Shown here piece by piece: positions 60,935 to 64,000 of a stretch of 64,000 nt of DNA. The DNA comes from Candidatus Kapaibacterium sp. (GTDB taxonomy: Bacteria > Bacteroidota > Ignavibacteria > Kapaibacteriales > UBA4661), in assembly GCA_025055035.1 (NCBI GenBank), contig JANWZB010000001.1, positions 4,785 to 68,784 of the forward strand, written 5' to 3'. Positions within the stretch are counted from its first letter, which is position 1; each line of letters begins with the position of its first letter. Made by a program: the position numbers and the translations under genes. Below the pieces are notes generated by a model that was not told the origin of the DNA, ran no database searches, and saw only the letters and a program-made list of their open reading frames with translations.

Positions 60935-61552
60935 CTATTTCAGTCTTCGCGTTGGGCTTTTTACATAGCGCAAGCGGTAGTATCCTAGCGGTGTAAACAT
61001 TGTTGGGTTCGCAACGGCGTCTTTATAAAGATTGACAAATTGCACCTTGACGTAATTTCCAGAGCGTGTCCTTAGAACAAGTGTTTTCTGCGGATTTGGG
61101 AGAATTGTGCGCTGCGAAGAGTTGTAGGTAAACATTCCTCGCCCTGATAAGTCTGTCGAAACAACGCGTCGCGTTACTGCTGTATCATCAGTTCGCAGTT
61201 GATCATCAGGTGGGGCGGTTGTTACAAGGTCAAACGTAGAATCAACAACAAGTCCAATAGTCTTACCACGAGGATTCACTGTGCCTGAGTTCAGCAAAAT
61301 ATCAACAGAACGTGAGCTTGCACTCAGAAACGGCAGTGAAATGTCCCATTCATCGGTACTAGCACGACTGACAGCCACAACCGTATCACGGTCGAAAGAA
61401 AAATATAAGACGGATAGACTATCTGGACGAAGATTTGACACGATACGAGACGTTAGTGTATCCGCAGCGCGGGGCGACGTGGTATCTGAATTGCAGGATG
61501 ACATACTCAGCATCACACAACATAACAACACGGCAATACTGTAGGTATTCAT
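60935..61552 (-). CDS. hypothetical lipoprotein
   Basis: Lipoprotein signal MNTYSIAVLLCCVMLSMSSC. Beta-rich mature part. No family assignable. Confidence 0.4.
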   Translation of the reverse strand: MNTYSIAVLLCCVMLSMSSCNSDTTSPRAADTLTSRIVSNLRPDSLSVLYFSFDRDTVVAVSRASTDEWDISLPFLSASSRSVDILLNSGTVNPRGKTIGLVVDSTFDLVTTAPPDDQLRTDDTAVTRRVVSTDLSGRGMFTYNSSQRTILPNPQKTLVLRTRSGNYVKVQFVNLYKDAVANPTMFTPLGYYRLRYVKSPTRRLK

Positions 61553-61707
61553 AAACGGCACCGAATGAGTACGACAACATTTACTTACTTGTAAAAACAC
61601 ACAAAATTACAAAGGCTTTATCTAATACGCAATCCTTTTTTACGGTATAATGCAGAATACGTGGAGTAGCAAAGTGCAGCTTTTTATAACAGAGTGACGA
61701 ACAGAAT

Positions 61708-62178
61708 TTATAGAGCGTGCAGGCGAAATTCCCTGCCGAAGCTTTTCAGTACAAATGTTGTATCGGTAATGCACTCGAAAAATTCTGCTAGAGCGAGATA
61801 TGATGCCAGCGTAAATCGTGCTTCAAAGGCGTGTCCTCCGCGCTCAAAAACCTTGACGTAAAGAATATTATTTTCACTCTGCCGAAGAGGATGCTCATTA
61901 TCAAGAGGAAGAAGAGTTCCATCATTGAGTGTCAAGGTGATGTTGGTATTCTCATCAGAATGAACAGCAATAACAGCAAAAGGAGCATCATCAACAACAA
62001 TGGGTACAGACTCAGCAGGTGTAATAAGAGCATATCCCTCATCGCACTTTTGTAGCGCGGTATAAAATAAGCGTACTAAGCCTGCACGTTGAATCGGCGT
62101 ATCGCCGTAGTACCATATTCCCTCAGTATCAATCCGCAAGACAGGATTATTGATATCTGATACCATGAGTATGTTCAA
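61708..62178 (-). CDS. DUF1285-family protein
   Basis: IWYYGDTPIQRAGLVRLFYTALQ...GYALITPAESVPIVVDDAPF resembles the conserved DUF1285 core as I recall it. Confidence 0.5.
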   Translation of the reverse strand: MNILMVSDINNPVLRIDTEGIWYYGDTPIQRAGLVRLFYTALQKCDEGYALITPAESVPIVVDDAPFAVIAVHSDENTNITLTLNDGTLLPLDNEHPLRQSENNILYVKVFERGGHAFEARFTLASYLALAEFFECITDTTFVLKSFGREFRLHAL

Positions 62179-62235
62179 TAGTCATAGCATAGTATGCGCA
62201 TATTTGTATTTATTTAGTGCGGTCATCTAATCTTG

Positions 62236-63231
62236 CTAAGGTTTATTTGCTTGAATAAGCTTATCAAGCAGAATATTACGGTTCTGACACAGGAGCATGT
62301 AAATTGTATTATTGTATTCTCCTGCTTGCTCATACGTGTTGTGCTGACGAATAAAGTCTGGCAGCATATCGTAAGCTTCTTTCATAATTGCCTGCTGCTG
62401 CTCTAGCCCTAACTGTGAGAAGACAGTGTCGTAATCTTCAGGTGTGGTGGGTGTTGTACTCAAGTCTATTGGCTCCACTGCATTTCTAAACGGAAGAGAA
62501 AGTTCCGTTTTTCGGTAAATACAAAACTTTATTCCATCGATCTTGCGTTGCACACGATGATAGCGCACTGCTACAAATAAGTCGGAGAGCTCGTTAATTT
62601 CATTCACTGCTTTTTTGATAACTTTTTCGTTGAAGCGAGAGAAGACAAGGTACTCATCCTCATCAACACCCATAAGCTCGCGAAATTCGCTAATGGAGAT
62701 TTGTGGGGTCTCGCCGTAGGAGCGCTCAAAATCAAAATAGTCAAGACATAGCTCGTACAGAGCAAGGGCGTGCTTCGACTGGAACTTGTTTTGTAGCGAC
62801 AGACTAATCCGAGCATACATGCGAGGGTTGCGCAAGCGCTCGCGCAGAAAGGGACTAAAAGCATATGTTAAAATGCCTTGCTTAATTACAGCACCTGCAA
62901 GTAATGGGAAAACACCCCACTCACTTTTGTCTTTCCGCAAAATATTCCACCGTACAGCTGTAGTAGAAAGCTTTTCCAGCGCTTCCTTGAGATACGCATC
63001 ATCGTTGCTTTGGTAGTCAAGCATTTCAACGAGATCGCGAACACGAATTTGGAAGCGGTCAGTATGAGCAAGGTCATCATACGCACGAGCAAGCAGAATA
63101 TTCCACGCTCGGCGCTGAAGTAAGGAGATGGTATTTGTAATCTGTACAGCAGAACTATGCTTAATGACTTCTTTCTTACGTTTAGAAAGCCGAATTGGTG
63201 CACTAGATAAGATCGGTGTTACCGCTTCCAT
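62236..63231 (-). CDS. plasmid-type replication initiator, Rep_3 (RepA/RepB) family
   Basis: Winged-helix pattern typical of iteron-binding Rep_3 proteins (NTISLLQRRAWNILLARAYD...MYARISLSLQNKFQSKHALALYELCLDYF...ISISEFRELMGVDEDEY...NEKVIKKAVNEINELSDL). Start trimmed to MEAVTP; the ORF track extends to 63378. The iteron array lies immediately 5' of the gene. Confidence 0.75.
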   Translation of the reverse strand: MEAVTPILSSAPIRLSKRKKEVIKHSSAVQITNTISLLQRRAWNILLARAYDDLAHTDRFQIRVRDLVEMLDYQSNDDAYLKEALEKLSTTAVRWNILRKDKSEWGVFPLLAGAVIKQGILTYAFSPFLRERLRNPRMYARISLSLQNKFQSKHALALYELCLDYFDFERSYGETPQISISEFRELMGVDEDEYLVFSRFNEKVIKKAVNEINELSDLFVAVRYHRVQRKIDGIKFCIYRKTELSLPFRNAVEPIDLSTTPTTPEDYDTVFSQLGLEQQQAIMKEAYDMLPDFIRQHNTYEQAGEYNNTIYMLLCQNRNILLDKLIQANKP

Positions 63232-63350
63232 AATACCATTAGCTTCTGAAAGATTACAACACACCACACAACTTGATCTACTGATAGCGTTGAAATCTAC
63301 ACAATCCCTTTGCGAGAGCAAAGCAAAATGATACAACACTTTCATAAAGT

Positions 63351-63535
63351 TTCCTGTAAACGGGGAGCTTACCAGCATGCTGGATGATGTCTGATGTTAT
63401 TTCGGAGACTGTTCACGCATCCTGTAAATGGGGATGCTCATCCAGAAAATATCCTGTAAATGGGGAGGTTTCAAACACTTCTTCTCGGCTATCCTGTAAA
63501 TGGGGAGGTTTCTATCCTGTAAATGGGGAGAGTTG
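63351..63535. repeat. iteron cluster A: one degenerate plus four spaced copies of the 22-bp iteron ATCCTGTAAATGGGGAG(A/G)(G/T)TTC
   Basis: Copies at 63351-63370 (degenerate, TTCCTGTAAACGGGGAGCTT), 63419-63440, 63451-63472, 63491-63512 and 63514-63535. Confidence 0.85.
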
Positions 63536-63541
63536 CAAAAG

Positions 63542-63566
63542 TTTTCCACAAATAGAGTGTGGATTA
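63542..63566. promoter_or_regulatory. two inverted DnaA-box-like sequences (TTTTCCACA and TGTGGATTA) followed by an AT-rich stretch
   Basis: Each matches the TTATNCACA consensus at 8 of 9 positions. They sit between the two iteron clusters, as in many iteron-plasmid origins. Confidence 0.45.
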
Positions 63567-63618
63567 TATCATACTGAGACGCTATGTGGGAGTATATATA
63601 CAAAATTTTCGCACAGTA

Positions 63619-63760
63619 CTCCTATAAATGGGGAGGTTTCTATCCTGTAAATGGGGAGAGTTCATCCTGTAAATGGGGAGAGTTCATCCTGTAAATGGGG
63701 AGAGTTCATCCTGTAAATGGGGAGAGTTCATCCTGTAAATGGGGAGAGTTCATCCTGTAA
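63619..63760. repeat. iteron cluster B: one variant copy plus five perfect head-to-tail 22-bp iterons (ATCCTGTAAATGGGGAGAGTTC) and a truncated sixth
   Basis: Copies at 63619-63640, 63642-63663, 63664-63685, 63686-63707, 63708-63729, 63730-63751, and a partial one at 63752-63760. Exact 22-bp periodicity (two helical turns). Confidence 0.9.
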
Positions 63761-63791
63761 TCTCAATATTTTCAATAACTTACAGGAATAT

Positions 63792-63827
63792 AAAACTCTT
63801 AAAACTTCTAAAACTTTTAAAACTCTT
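63792..63827. repeat. four tandem AT-rich 9-mers (AAAACTYYT), candidate DNA-unwinding element
   Basis: aaaactctt, aaaacttct, aaaactttt, aaaactctt, directly flanking the iteron array. Confidence 0.55.
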
Positions 63828-63830
63828 AAA

Positions 63831-63862
63831 ATAGAGCTAGTAATAAATAGAGCTAGTAATAA
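63831..63862. repeat. 2 x 16-bp direct repeat ATAGAGCTAGTAATAA
   Basis: Exact tandem duplication seen in the sequence. Confidence 0.6.
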
Positions 63863-63869
63863 ATTAAGA

Positions 63870-63899
63870 GAGCACAGTAATCTTTTAACTACTGTGCTC
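63870..63899. promoter_or_regulatory. perfect 10-bp inverted repeat GAGCACAGTA-(10 nt)-TACTGTGCTC, hairpin or dimeric-protein binding site at the origin edge
   Basis: Exact dyad symmetry. No U-tract follows, so a classic intrinsic terminator is unlikely. Confidence 0.5.
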
Positions 63900-64000
63900 C
63901 ATTTCTCGCACCCTCTGCCAGGTACACTCATTCTAACAAACAATCATCGCATAACGTATACACGGCGAGCGCAAGTCAGAGAAGGGGTACACAGTAACAA

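Noticed and set aside
60961-61030. tRNA-like sequence (GGGTTCGCAACGG)
   Set aside because: No acceptable cloverleaf can be folded (no 7-bp acceptor stem, the T-loop lacks TTCRA context) and it lies inside the lipoprotein coding region. No convincing tRNA was found anywhere in the window.
63351-63760. Possible CRISPR array (many copies of a 22-bp repeat)
   Set aside because: The repeats are directly tandem with no unique spacers (exact 22-bp period). They sit immediately upstream of a Rep_3 initiator gene with DnaA-box-like sites. These are plasmid iterons, not CRISPR repeats. No cas genes are present.
63384-63943. ORFs 63384..63650 (+), 63397..63603 (-) and 63728..63943 (-)
   Set aside because: They are translations of the iteron and AT-repeat arrays (reiterated SCKWG and PVNGE peptides) and are not genes.

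Overview
This 64 kb window is gene-dense and looks like it comes from an FCB-group bacterium (Bacteroidota/Chlorobiota-like). Evidence: SusC/SusD pair, DUF4249 lipoprotein, extra TonB-dependent receptor, and a perfect CIRCE element upstream of groES-groEL. About 50 CDS can be supported. Housekeeping content: groES/groEL, proB-proA-sbcD-sbcC in one minus-strand array, dut plus Nudix, ctaA, dps, alkA, and a two-subunit molybdoenzyme of the isoquinoline oxidoreductase type. Signalling content is rich: a membrane adenylate cyclase with a receiver domain, a single-domain response regulator, a chemoreceptor ending in a cyclic-nucleotide-binding domain, and a STAS / receiver-kinase / sensor kinase / OmpA-FecR block. 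A minus-strand cluster encodes nitroreductase, type III polyketide synthase, ICMT-family methyltransferase and a small membrane protein (phenolic-lipid type). An NRAMP-UspA fusion transporter and an apparently frameshifted SulP permease are also present. The right end carries a complete plasmid-type replication module: a Rep_3-family initiator, at least 10 copies of a 22 bp iteron (five perfectly tandem), two DnaA-box-like sites, AT-rich 9-mers and further repeats. With a non-canonical parA-parB pair about 22 kb away, this suggests the region sits on a chromid or megaplasmid, or carries an integrated plasmid replicon. No tRNA, rRNA or CRISPR array was found. Coordinates follow the supplied ORF track; starts were trimmed where an internal start fits the domain structure better. 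The ORF caller appears to accept TTG and GTG starts.
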